From Guillardia theta CCMP2712 (lineage: Eukaryota; Protista; Cryptophyta), in NCBI RefSeq assembly GCF_000315625.1, contig NW_005434644.1, positions 575,377 through 639,376 on the forward strand: DNA of 64,000 nucleotides, read 5' to 3'. The notes under the pieces were generated by a model. The model was given only the letters and a program-made list of their open reading frames with translations, was not told where the DNA came from and did not search any database. Made by a program: the position numbers and the translations under genes. This document shows positions 11,667 to 24,356 of this stretch, in pieces; positions within the stretch are counted from its first letter, which is position 1, and every line of letters begins with the position of its first letter.

Positions 11667-13320
11667 TCACGACTTGTTCTTCGACAAGAACTCGAAGATA
11701 GAGGAGAAGTCTTTCTCGCCGTAGCCCTGGAGGCTCGGAGTCTCACATGGAGCTTGCAAACAGTGACAGGGCAGACTGACCTTGTTGTGCATCACCGTGT
11801 ACACTTGAGCGACTGCTGACCCGATCGGTAGTGGCATCTTTGCTGAATTCACGAAGTGAGTGTTAACAGATGGCTCGAAGAATCAAAGCGATTTGGTAAA
11901 GGAACAAGGAAAGAAAGGAAAGGAGAAGGGGCGGGGGAAGGGGGAAGGCAAGGCGGAGTAGGAGAGAGGAGCGGGTAAATCTTCAGAGAGCAGCAGCAGC
12001 ACAGGATGCAAGGGACAAGTCCTTACTGTCCGCAGCAGCCTGCAGAGCCAGGAGAAGGTCCTTCAACATCAGATCACTAGCAAACCCTCCCGTGTACCCC
12101 CGGCTGGACGGGACGCCTTCCATCACTCCGGGGCAGGGGTTGTACGTCTCCGAGGACCAGCAGCGCCCCGAGCTGCTGTTCACCACGGAGGCCAGGACGT
12201 GAGGGTCAATGCCCATCTGCCTGCCGAGGTTGAAGGCCTCGCTGACAGCGCTCATAGAGATGCCGAGGATCAGGTTGTTGCAGATCTTAGCCGCCTGCGT
12301 CTTCCTCAGCCTCGTCCGCTCCCCTTGCTGGCCTCACCTGACCGTTGCCGCTCTTGCCGCAGTGGATGATGTTCTTGCCCATGGCAGAGAGGAGTGGACG
12401 GGCTCGCTCTAGCGCTCGCTCCTCTCCTCCCACCATGAACGTCAGGGTCGCATTCTGCGCTCCTCCCGTGCCACCAGAGACAGGAGCATCAATGAACTCA
12501 TGCCCAGAGCTGTAGCAGACGGCTGAAAGCTCGCTTGCGTAGTTTGACTCGATCGTGCTGCAAGGAGGAGCGGGGTGGGGGGCAGGAGAAGCGATCAGAA
12601 ATCAGGAAGTGGTGCAGAGCGTAATGGGAAAGGAGGATAAGAGAAAGAAGATACCAAATCAGTAAAAGAACACGGAGGAAACCAACATCTGAACCTGCAG
12701 TCGATGTAAAGAACACCCCTTCTTCTGCTTGCGAGCAGACCCTCGTTGCCACAATACACCTCCTTGACATGGCGGCTCGATGGGAGCATGGTGATCACGG
12801 TGTCCGCACTCCCTGCGAGTTCGGCGGGGCAGCTGACAGACGTTGCTCCTTGCTTGCAGAGCTCATGTACAGCATCGACGTTCAAGTCGAAGACGTTCAC
12901 TTGATACTTCGATTTCAATAAGTTAGACGCCATCCTTGCGCCCTAGAACGAGGTCAGCAACTGCAGAGGAGCATCCGAACACTGCAGCCTTCTCTGCCCC
13001 CTCTAACCATCCCGAGCATTATGTTCTCTGGCTACTTCCTTCGATAAATAGTCAGCTCGACTACTTCTGAACCTCCACGACGCCCTAGTTGACCTCGCCC
13101 ATGATGCCCGAGTATCCCCGACAACCCCCACAATTTTGCTATAAAGACTGGCTTCATCCACAAGATCTCCCCGCATGTCTGCCGCATGATAACTTCAGGC
13201 ACATCTTTATCTCGATGTATCCTCGTATCTTCATGATCCTCCTCCTCCTCCTCCTCCTCCTCCTTACGCGCGCTCTCTCTCTCTCACCATTTTGCCGATG
13301 CCTACGAAGCCGATCCTCAT
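11667..13320 (-). CDS. HIBADH: 3-hydroxyisobutyrate dehydrogenase
   Basis: Exon 1 [11 protein letters not shown] splices to GARMASNL. Further motifs: [52 protein letters not shown] and [10 protein letters not shown]. Confidence 0.92.
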
Positions 13321-13736
13321 TGCCGCAACTCCCGCAACTTGGCTCTACCCCACCACCACTACCATGGTCATAACTGACTACCCGTCCACTCATCAGAGTT
13401 CTCTATACTACCCCATTGTTTAAATGAATATGAACGGGTTCTTGAATTGAATTGACCACCCACCCCCTCAAATTGTGATCACCCTCCATAGAGGCACCCG
13501 TTTGCACAAACTTTCGGGCGATTTTGGCAAGTAAGGTCTGGTACTAATGTTTACTCAATATTCCCCACCCCCGGTGAATTGCAACTCTCTGGGGTGCAAG
13601 TACCCCTACCATATCACCCCTTCAGATCCAACATGGATCACGGGGTAGGGGTGATAAGTCGGAGGCCACTGGAAAAGGTAGGGGTGTAATACATCAATGG
13701 AGGGGGTCGGGGTCATCAGTGATGTAAACCAGAGAC

Positions 13737-16700
13737 ATGGCAGACCGTAGTTGGTTCTGAGGCGGGCTGTAATTCTTCAAGAGTGGTGAACGTTGCACGC
13801 CAGCATGTTCAACATGGCGTGTAAGCAGCAGGTGAGGAGGGGGAGGGCGGCTATCCTAAGTATGCCTTGTCCCCGTTGCGTGTTTGATGGTTTGGAGAAG
13901 AATCGTTGTGGATGATCTTCAGGATGAGTAGTGTGTTGAACACGCCAACAAAGTATTCGCTCTGTACATTGCAAGGTTTTGAAATCGAGAGTTCTCTCAT
14001 TTATGTTGCCGCAATTGAATTTCAGTGCTTCAATGAAGCTCGTTCTGTTTTGCCATGCTAACAGCCTGTGATTTATCTCTCGTCTGCCTTGTTGTACAAG
14101 CTGTCAATGACTCTCTGACTCTCTTGCAGGCACTGGCGGATATCTCCAACACGAGGAGCCCGAAGGTGGGGAAACCTTCAGCACAAGGCCGTGGGCGGCC
14201 TGACAGCGACGAGACATGTGGAAACATATCAATCGAGGAAGACGAAACGATCATGGAGACGATTGAGAGTCTCAGGGCGCTTGGCTTCTCCGATGAGGAT
14301 GTGAGATGGGCAGTGGAAGAAGCGAAGTCGAAGCTGGAGGCGAAACGCTCGGACGTAACTTGTGACGGGACCTCAAGGGTGGATGAATTGCCGGGGATCG
14401 AGGAAGCTATCAGCAGGCTGTCACTGTCCAGCCATGCCGAGCAGGCAACCCCATCGCGTTCGACGTTGAGGGCAGCGAGGGACACGTCGGAGCCACAGAT
14501 CGATCGCGTGTTGCCCCTTGTGTTGCCCGGGTTGAACACTTGGGACATTGCCTTCCTCACCTTCAACGTCAGCACGAGGTGGAGGAAAGTTTCCGATGAA
14601 TGCTTGAGAGTGTTTCAAAGTAGCAAGGACGAGGAGGACGAGGATGCTGCTCCTTCACAGCTGAAGAGGATTGATCCACCGTGCTTCGCCGCAAAGTTCC
14701 CTTGGGCTCGTTTCCTCGCCCAAGGAGGCTTCAAGCAAGTGTTTCTTGTATACAATGAGGAGGAAGCAAGGAAGGAAGCTGTCAGGTGCATTAGCGAGCT
14801 CTGCTGCTGAACCCGCAAGTGATGAATGTTGGCAGCGTCATGGACCTTAGCGGGATGAGAGAGATGGGGAACATGCGGACAGCCGAGGCTGAGGTGTCCG
14901 AGCATGCTCGTGCAGGGAGGAGGTGATGACGTGAAATTTCTTGCTTCCTGCACCATCAGGTCCGACTCGCCTTCCTCCTCTCCAACTTCGTCAGCTCGGG
15001 CGTCTCCCCACACTTTGTCCGGTGAGATAGTATGGGAGGTGGAGGGGGGGTGTAACCTTATGATATTTCAGCACGTTCCAGTTTCTCAGGACGAGTTGTC
15101 CTCCTCCCGCTGACTGGGGATGCGAGGAGAACCAACAGCCGCAGGTGAGGACTCGAGCAGTCGCTGGTGCCGCTCAGGGAGGCCGCAGGGAAGTCTGTCG
15201 AAGTACCTGGAGGGGGGTAGGAGGGCCCAGCCGCGACGGAGCAGGAAGAAGGTGGCTCACGGCGACTTCCAGTACATCAGGTGGGGAGGAGGTGGACGGC
15301 AAGGAGGTTCGCTAAGGTGCTGGGATGCAAGGATGGAGTTCTGCACGGAAGGAGATCTCGAGCTGGTGGTCCGGCAGCACCCGCACCCTCCCGCCGATGT
15401 GACGTCAGCCGTCTCGTGCTCCTGCTCACCTGGCTGCTGCAGGTCGTCAGAGATCTCTTGCTACAGATGGCCAAGGCCCTGCAGGTGCTCCTACCTCCCG
15501 CCTGTTTTCGGCCCCCGATTCCCCCCCTTCACTCTTTTCCACTCCCTCCTCTCTCCCCGTCACTCTCGCTCTCCCCCTGTCTCCACATTAGACTTCTCAC
15601 TTTTCCTCCTTCTCCTTTCCTTTTCCGCTCTTCCTCTGCCGTTCTCTGTCCACATGACTTGTTGTGCAGGTTGTGCAGGAGAAGCTCCACATGCGGCACT
15701 ACGACGTGAAGCTGCTCAATTTCTTTGTCACGACACCCCAAGACTCGGACAGGGAGGAGCCAGGAAGGAGGGGCAAGGGAAGCGACTACTGGGCTGTCAA
15801 CCGGAACCGGGTAAGTCTCACTGTCATGTGAGCGCAGGTCTCACCTTGGCACACCCTCAGCTGATCGTGAAGCTGGCGGACTACGGGACAGCAGACATCG
15901 ACGAGGAGAGGATGGGGGAGAGCATGACAGAGAGGTGGAGGAGGGAGGAGGGAGGGAGGGGCCATGACGATGCAGCAGACAAGTCACTACCTGGGAGAAT
16001 GTCCTCCCGGAGTTCTTGATCTTTGGCAGCAGAGCGCGCCAGGTAAAGGAATGGTGAAAGTGAAGAGGTCATGGGAACCGGGAGCACAGGAAGAGTATGT
16101 GAAAGAGATGGAAGAGGGGTGTGGAGGGAGGGACGGAAGGGGGTGGTCACAAGGTTGATTGGAGTTCCAGGACTTTTCCTCTGATGTCCATGGGCTCGGA
16201 CTTTGTCTGCTCCATCTTGTCACAGGAGAAGTTCCGTACGAGGAGATGGTGATCCTTTCCCCCCATCCTTCCTCCCATCTTCTTCTCTCCCTCCTTCCTT
16301 CCACCTTCCTCTCTCCCTCTCATAGTTTGGTCCCTTCCCCCTTCCTCCCAAACCCTTCCTGCTTGTGATAGGAAACGTTTCTAGCTGGAGGAGCTGTGCT
16401 GCCCGCCCGAGCTTGCCGGCAAGCTCCGCAGCGCGTGGGGAGCAAGCAGGAGGGGAGGGAAGAGCGCAGGGGAGACGATTGACTACAGGTGGAGGACGCG
16501 GACATGGACGGGCAGGCAGGGTGACATGCACTTGGCAGCGAGGTGAAGAAACTCTTGGACCAGAGCGACGAAGACGACAACTTGCTGGTCGACACTCTGT
16601 ACAGAAACCTCGTGCTCTTTGGGGAGCAGTTGGTCGCCAAGGTGACCTGCCGTGTTCAAGGCGCCGCACGGGCTAACCTCTTCCTCCTCCTCCTCCTCCT

Positions 16701-17213
16701 CCTCCTCCTCCTCCTCCTGGTTCTCCTGATCCTCCTCCTGCAGAAGCACACGGAGAAAGATGGCCCTGTGCTCAAGACTCTGAGGTCTGAGAATGGCTCT
16801 ACCTGCCCTTCCGCTCGTTGACTGCTAGCAGGACCTTCTTGAACGGGCCGGGGAAGAAGAGGAAAGATCCTGTCACCTCCTCCTCTGCTGACGTGCAACT
16901 GCCCTCTCAGGTGGGCGAGCGACGTAGAGCAATTCTCGATCTTGTCAGAGAGCAAGAAGAAGAGTACAGCGATCCAACGAGCCCAGCAGGTTCCCTTGTT
17001 GGGAGAGGAGCGTGCAGCCTACTGATGCCGCACCCACTGCAGGTTCTTCGGACGATTCCATCAGGGGAGGAAATCCTGTCTCGCCTCGTCGTCCTCGGTG
17101 CTGGGAGCGGTGCTGGTGGATGCGATGCCAGGGATGATTCTGTTGCCGCAGATGGGAAGGAGAGAATGACTGTCCGTGAGTTGACCCAAGTCCTCTCAGG
17201 GACCAGCAGCTGA
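13737..17213 (+). CDS. Ser/Thr protein kinase with N-terminal UBA-like segment (start uncertain)
   Basis: Gly loop LAQGGFKQVF, MEFCTEGDL, catalytic loop HYDVKLLNF, VKLADYG, PPEF and SDVHGLGLCLLHLVTGEVPY. UBA-like IESLRALGFSDEDVRWAV. Confidence 0.85.
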
Positions 17214-17261
17214 TGTCGTTCGACTGTCCTTCTTGTATTCAAACGTGTAAAGTCGCAAACC

Positions 17262-19203
17262 TCATCTAGCTCCTCGCCTCTCAGTTGCCCGAACTCCAAG
17301 GGGGGATGTGCGGAGGCATGCGAGGATCGTTCTCCTTCAGCTTCTCCGGCTGCACAACATGCCGGCTTCAGCTCACGTCAACAATGCAGAGGTCGTCAAC
17401 CTTGAAGTCGTCTGCCATGGAGAACTCGGAGATGATGCTTGCGTTGTACTGCGGCACCTCTGAGAACCGCCTGCTGCGTATCAAATTCGATTACCTGAGG
17501 ATACGCCCTGCAGAGTCTTCGTGCCCTCCACCTGCGCAGGGCATTCAGTCTCAGGGATGGCGACGAGGGACGAGACTTACTGTTGCAGGGCTCCTGTGTA
17601 GGGCTTGGCTCCGAGGTTGATCATCTGGTTTCTGGCAAACTATCCGGGCGTCAGCCACAAGGACGCCTCAGGAGGGTCGAGACCTGAAGACAGAGCAGGA
17701 CGAAAGAGACTGTCCCCAGCACGGGCTCGTTCCAACCCCAAGTCCTTCACACAAACAAAGTGAAAGATCTGTTTTCCAGATGCCCACGAGTCATACCAAG
17801 ATCCCACTTCTAACCATGTCTCTAAGTCCTTGGCATCCGCCACCTCCGTAGTGACGAATTGCTGCAATCACAAGTCAGTAGCAAAGGACTCGCGAGCGCG
17901 TGACATCACCTCATTGAACCACAACGCAGTGTTGAGGTCGAAAACCATCGGAACGGAGATCAAACCAGCTGCTACACTGACCACGATTCCTTCGTTCCAA
18001 ACATGTCAGCGTCGAGCCGTTAACAGTTCTGTCAACCCGTCTTGTAAGGCATGGTGAACAAGCCGAGACCACGTGAGTTCGACTCCTCAATCTCGAACAG
18101 GCGCTGATGTGCATCATCCCAAGTGACCTGCAGTATGTTCACCTTGAAGCCAGTGTTGGTTCGGGGAGTGACCTTGTCCACAGCCATGATCTCTCTGAGC
18201 AACCTCTCCTTGCATGCTGCAGAATCTCCCTTCGCTCATGGTCATGATCGCATTGAGCATGTATAACAGCAGTTCGCATCTACCTTGGACGTGAAAATCA
18301 AGAGCTGCTCATTGGTCATCTCATAATATGCTCGTGGCTGCGCCTGATGAAATTGGTTCAACCACAACCCAGACAAGACGCCTTGTCGTCCAAAATAGGG
18401 CAGCTCACCTTTGCCACCTCCATAGGACATCCAATGTCTTCTGAATTGCTCTGAGAGGAGCTGAATGGCCGTCTTTGGATGCACGTAAACTGGAGAATCA
18501 AAGCCCTCGGCTGAACCTATCGGGTGCACTTCAGCTAAATCTAACAATGCAAGACTGCAAACAACTTTGTATTGTTGGGAAACAGCATGGAAGTGCAATG
18601 ATCGCTGCAGCTGCAGCAAAGATGTCCATGTCAATGAGACAACATCAAACCATAGAGAGCCTAACCACGCCAGGGGCAGAGAAGGTGAGTGCCCTGGAAG
18701 TTGACAGGATTGACTGCGGTTAAAGTCAATTTTTTAGTACAGAGTCAGAATTGAACAGCAGTGAAATGGTTACATAAATACAAACAACATCACCCCATCA
18801 AGCAAGCTTAGAGACGATTTCAACCATATGACACAACCTCAATCTTGTAGAATCTCAAGCAGGCAAGGCTCAGGACGAGTAAAGAAAGAGAATTGATCAC
18901 GAGACAGGAAAGCAGAATCACAGGGCAGAACAGGAGGAACTAGAGGATCATGTGACAAGGGAAGGGAAGGTACGGAGCGATGCGAAAGATGAGTAATGAA
19001 GAAAAAGCTCTCAGGAAGCTGAAGTGGGCTGGCGATGTAGCCAAGGTGATGGAAGTGTGAAAGAGTTGTAAGAGCAAGAACACGGAAGGCAAGGATGAGG
19101 AATGAGAACGACGTGGGATTCTGATTCATGGAAGATACACAGAGGAGGGGATTCGTCTTGCCTTAGCCGCAGGAAGCAGCCGCTGCACCCGCTGCGCCAG
19201 CAT
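17262..19203 (-). CDS. Conserved-type two-TM mitochondrial protein with WxxEP motif
   Basis: Presequence-like MLAQRVQRLLPAAK. Spliced exons give YYEMTNEQLL, ERLLREIMAVD, VAAGLISVPMVFDLNTALWFNE and DLETWLEVGSWTWGWNEPVLGTVSFVLLCLQFARNQMINLG. Confidence 0.65.
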
Positions 19204-19234
19204 GGGCGCTGGTTTACTAAGTTTGAAAGCCACC

Positions 19235-19915
19235 GGTGGTGGGCCCAGTTCATCAAGAGTGGGTAGGGTTCTTGTTGTAGTAATGGAAATCCCAGGGTGG
19301 GTGCGGGCAATGTTCAGAAAGAGGGGTACTGTAGATACCAAAATAATGTTCATAGCGGGGGTCCTTTGGTATCAAGAACCTTGAAGGGGTAGGAGAGTTT
19401 GATACAGGGGGTAAGGGTTATTGGGGAGGGGGTAGGCGATCTATATGTCGAAGTCGTGGTACTGATGGAAAAACAAAATACACTCTTTAAAACAAATTCA
19501 TTACGATATTGGAATAAAATATTATATAGGCGCATTTTATGCATTTTTGTACTGTCAAAAGTATATTCCAGTGCTTTATGGAATTTATTATTATTATTAT
19601 TATTAATCTTTTATTTTTCAGTGAGCTCGGGACCAGTTCAAGTCGGGCCACGCGGGCGGGCTGCCGGGGCCGGGAGGCTGAAATTACAGGTACCCCTGGT
19701 CTACAGGGTTCATACAGTGGTACACCCACCCTCAGATTCTGTGGGTGTCCGATATTTTGATCACCCGTCATTTGTACTACTCTCACCCCATCTATTACCC
19801 TCAAACAAAATTCACTGTGTTGTTTATACCCCTCCTTTTCCATCGATTTGTGAGTACTACCCGTCATATAAGTACCCACCCGAATTTACACACCCTGACT
19901 GTAGCTTGCGCCCCT
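19235..19915. promoter_or_regulatory. Divergent intergenic region with mirror-oriented GGGGT / ACCCC motif arrays
   Basis: GGG(G)T[A/G] recurs over 19260-19435 and [T/C]ACCC over 19690-19895. The region lies between ATGs at 19203 (-) and 19946 (+). Confidence 0.55.
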
Positions 19916-19945
19916 GTCCTGGAGACCTTTCGCTCCCTTTGCTCA

Positions 19946-22702
19946 ATGGCGCCAAGTCGCCAAACTATGACCATGCTAGCGCTGGGAGGTGTTCCCGCAA
20001 TCATCATCTTCATCTTTCGACTTCTTCAGGCGATCAAGGTCTCTCGAAAACGAAAGGACCTTGAGGAGAAAGCGCACAAGCGGAGGAACGAATCGATGCA
20101 ACAGATTGAAAAAGTAGTTGCACTGTCCAAAGAAGGATCCAATGATGAGCCGGGCGATGCTGTCACCAACATAGCGTACAAAGACTTGAAAGAAAAACTC
20201 GAAACAGGACAGCTCGCAGCTTATGATGTTGTGAACGCCTATCGAAGAAAGGCCGCTTCATTGCACAAAGAATTGAATTGCCTCACCGGATTCATTGAAG
20301 GTGCGCTTGAACAAGCAAAGGTAAATCCAACAGTTGCAAACTGTTGACATTCACCGACCTAACTTCAAATTCTCAGACTTTAGATTCCCTAAGAACCTCA
20401 GGCCAGTTGAAAGGCGTTCTTCATGGCATTCCTGTCAGCGTGAAGGAGACGATCCTTCTCAAGGTAAGATGGATGCTTTCCTTGGCGGTAGTTGATGGAG
20501 ATGGCGAGCAGGGTTACGACAGTACAGCAGGTATAGCAAAACGATGTGGAATACTTTCAGAGGAAGACAGCGTCGCCATTGCTGCAATCAAGGTATCCTT
20601 ATACAAACTTTGTCTATCCTACATAGAACTTGCAATGAAGAAACTTATTCAATGTTCTTTGTTATGTCTTCAGGAAGCCGGAGGCGTTCCATTTTGTAGG
20701 ACTAATATTCCTCAGACCAACTTGTCCTACGGATGCAGGTCGTTTGTCGCATTTCCTGCCTTATTCTAGTTTCACATTTTGAGCAGCAACCCAATCTACG
20801 GAGCTACATGCAACCCCTTTAAGAAGGACAGAACATCTGGAGGATCTTCAGGGGGTGAAGCAGCCTTGATCTGTTGTGGGGGTTCAGTCCTGGGCATGGG
20901 TACCGACATAGGGGGGAGCATTCGTGTTCCTGCAGCATTTTGTGGCATTTGTGGTTTCAAGCCATTTTCTGGGTCGCGCATCGTGTTATTTGAGTGTGAA
21001 TCTCATACTGCATTGCCTCGCAGGAGAATATCTCGGAGAGGATCTTTTTCTGTTCTTCCTGGGCAGACAGGAGTAGCAGCTTCCTTTGGGCCTATGGCAA
21101 AGGAAGTAGATACAATTGCAGCAGCAATGTCAGCGTTGGTTACCTATTCGAACAAGTATGATACATTCGTGGTAAGAGATCGTGTTCGAATCATACGACT
21201 CAGTTGCCTGATTTTTGCCAAGGCTCCAATCCCATGGAGCTGGGATACATACAATGCTAGCTCAAAGCTCAGAATCGGATACTATGTCGCGGATGGCTTC
21301 ATAGCCTCAACTCCTGGTGAGTTTGCTCCCGCACCGACATCCCAGTCATACAGAGAGGCAGCGTGTGCTCGGGCGGTCAGGGAGGCTTGTCATGCGATGA
21401 GAGCTCGCGGACATCAGATTATCCCCTTTAAACCACCTCATGCTATCAAGGTATCGTGATTTCATGTTTCAGTTCGATAAGCGCTGAGAAGTATACCAGT
21501 GCTTGTTACTTTTTATCAAGTTGTTGACTGCTGATGGAGGGAAATCCGTACGAGTTGGCATCTATTTCACTACTCTATTGACAGAATGTCTTGTTTAGGT
21601 CTTCGAACTTCTCCAAAACGAGACAGTAAGAACCGATGACTCCCAACCCCCCCCCCCCCCTTCCCAGCCCCCCTCCCCCTGCGATTCATTTCGATTAATA
21701 CAGGTAGATGGAAGTTTAAGAGCCTTCGTAGAAGGGGTGAGAGTGTCTGGATCATTCTGGACTGGAAAACTGCTGCCAAAAGCTCTAAGGAGACAAGGGA
21801 AGAAGCGAGTTGCGGATCTGCTGGAGTCGCAAGGAATATGCTCGACAGATGAGCTTTGGAAAGCGCAGGTACATGTACTTGCTTGAAAGTTTCCCGTTCA
21901 CTCTTTGTCGTCCAGTCTGAGCGGATTCGGTTGCAAGCCATTTGGGAAAAGGCATTCAAAGAGGCCGGCAAGTTGTTGCATATGAGATCGTAAGGCTCCT
22001 TATGCTGCCATCAGGAGTCGACGTCTTGATATGTCCTTCACATACGATGCTTGCGCCCAAGCCGAATGTGGTGGCATCATCTGGTGAATACACAGGGAAA
22101 TAGATGAAATGTGAATTGAATTTCCACATAGGGATTACTTTGTGCTATACGCAGATTTTCAACTTTCTCGATTTTCCAGCAGGTGAGCATGCTCATCTTG
22201 CATGCCACTAATGTACAATGAACATCCTTTGCCTAGGAACTGTTCCAGTTGGTACTGCCAATACAGAAGACGAACTGGCAATGGAGGTCAGTACAAGAGA
22301 TCAGTACGTCAACCGTGAATCGATGCGGGTGTTCACAGGACTGGCCACACAATACGTTGAAGGAGCAGTTCGGCGATGACTTGCAGAGGATGATTGATTC
22401 TAACTTGTGAGATCGCGAATGTGATGTTCTGATTTGAATGACGTGTTTCGGTATGTCAGGGTATACGGTGAACAGCATGATGCGGTGGAGGCAATCGTTC
22501 GTTCTAACTGTCAAGGCATTGTTGGTCTTCCCACGGCCGTGCAGGTCAGGAGCGTTCCCGTGTGGGTTTCATCCGTCATGCTGATTTTTGCTGCTGGAAC
22601 TGGCAGTGTGTCACCTTGCCATGGAAGGAAGAACTCTGCCTACGAGCCATGCGAGAAATTCAATCGGCTCTTGGCAAAAATGTGCCGACACCTTGCTTGT
22701 AA
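19946..22702 (+). CDS. Amidase-signature enzyme, fatty acid amide hydrolase-like
   Basis: N-terminal TM followed by LHGIPVSVKE, GVPFCRTNIPQ, GGSSGGEAAL, GTDIGGSIRVPAAFCGICGFKP and GLPTAVQ. Confidence 0.9.
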
Positions 22703-23914
22703 CTTCACTTTGCCGCGCAGCCTACGGAGCGCCGGGCGGGGCCTGCCAAATGTGAACTTACCCGCTGCCAGCTGACCGTGGGTAGTGCCGAGCCGCATCG
22801 GCCAGTAAACTTCATTATGTGGCGAGTCGGTACCATACTAGCCTCGCTTCAACTTGCCAGTGCCGTGATCATGCCAGCGACACACCGGCGTGAATAAACG
22901 TGCTGCCAGTCACCGAATACGGTCCGTCTCATCATGATGGTGCCGTACGCGGTAGCAGCCACTGCTGATACGGCGTGCATGAGCCGCCTGAGCGGATACT
23001 AAATCGCCACCGACTCATCAATGACCACAAAGTCATCCTACTCCATAGTGCTAGGAATCGTCACTACCGTCGAGTCGACTCGAACTTTTCACGACAGGGG
23101 GGGACCTGATACCATGAACGGGACCCTTGAAAGCCGAAATCACTGAATCAACCGTTTCGAAATGCCAGTTTGGAACAATTGGGAACGATCCGACATTCCT
23201 CAGTACCTCGAACTTCAAACCAGCGGCGGCGACAATCATGTGAGCCTCCGGCTGCCGGCCGCTGAGTTCCGAGTATCAGTGGTTCAGTGGGCAACACGGT
23301 AGGCGGGATGAGGGTTCCGAGTTCAGTTGTTTGTATGGCCTGTGCGACCGAAAGTGCCTCGGATCGGAAAGAGTCTTGAGTCAGTTTTGCTCTGCCACCG
23401 ATTGTCCTCTGTCGGATTCTGAAAGTTTTGACTTAACTTTGAGTAAAGCGTTTTCAACCCGGTGCTGCCATCCGGGCCGACCGCCCGGCCGCCGATCGGA
23501 TCATCGATCGGATCATGGCCGCTCAGGGTGCCGGCCCGGGGCGACAATCGGAACTCCGGCCCCCGGGGAGTCCGCCGCCTCAACGAGGGCCCCCGCGCCG
23601 GTTGCCCTTTACTCCGGGTATCATCGTGACCGTCGGACTGAGGCCGGGCTCCATCACCGTCGTCGGACTCGGAGTCAGACTCGAGTCACGAGGTCGCAAT
23701 TAGACTCAGTCCTCGGACTCCACTAGCCTAGTAGCCGAAGACGCTTTAAGATGATCAAGTACCGGAGGCCCGAGAGGCTTTACAATCCATGATCCCCTGA
23801 AACTTCTTGGGTCGAAGCGTTGCAAGATTAGACCTCCGCATCTCCCTCGTTTATAATCTTGTACGCGCGCTCCTTATATCATAATACGGTCTCGCTCCTC
23901 TCCTCCGCATCTCC

Positions 23915-24340
23915 TGAACCATGCCATGCTGTTCGGTGACCTTCGTCGACCTCGGCCTCTCTCGCGCCCTCCCCTCCTCCAGTCCCCGTCCTTCTCTCAA
24001 GCTCTCCCCAGCACAGCGGGCATTCGTCGACGCCAACAAGCCCTCCGACGGCAGGAGAGCGACTGAGCTCCCGGCAGGAGCAGTGCGAGTGGAGTCGCGG
24101 GGTGAGGAGCTGATTGCGGCAGTGCTGGAGGCGAAGAAGCGGGGAGTGCGACTACAGGAGAGCAGCAGGAAGCAGGGGATGCTCAAGAGAAGGACGTGGT
24201 TGCTGGACGGCGGGGATAGCTCACCGGGGGGATCCTTCAAGGACGTTACAGCAGCAGCAGGATCGTGGAGGGATTGAGGAGGGAGAGTATCGAGATGAAA
24301 GTCAGGTGTATAATAGGCAGCACGTGTGTAGACATTGAGA
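23915..24340 (+). repeat. Left arm of 426-bp inverted duplication (partial gene copy)
   Basis: Reverse complement of 24780-25205, with about 4 substitutions seen by eye. Confidence 0.95.
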
Positions 24341-24356
24341 CATTAATACGGTGAAT

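Noticed and set aside
13095-13140. KIVGVVG...GIMG resembling a frameshifted HIBADH Rossmann motif
   Set aside because: An intact exon [11 protein letters not shown] at 13288-13320 splices correctly, so this stretch is intronic.
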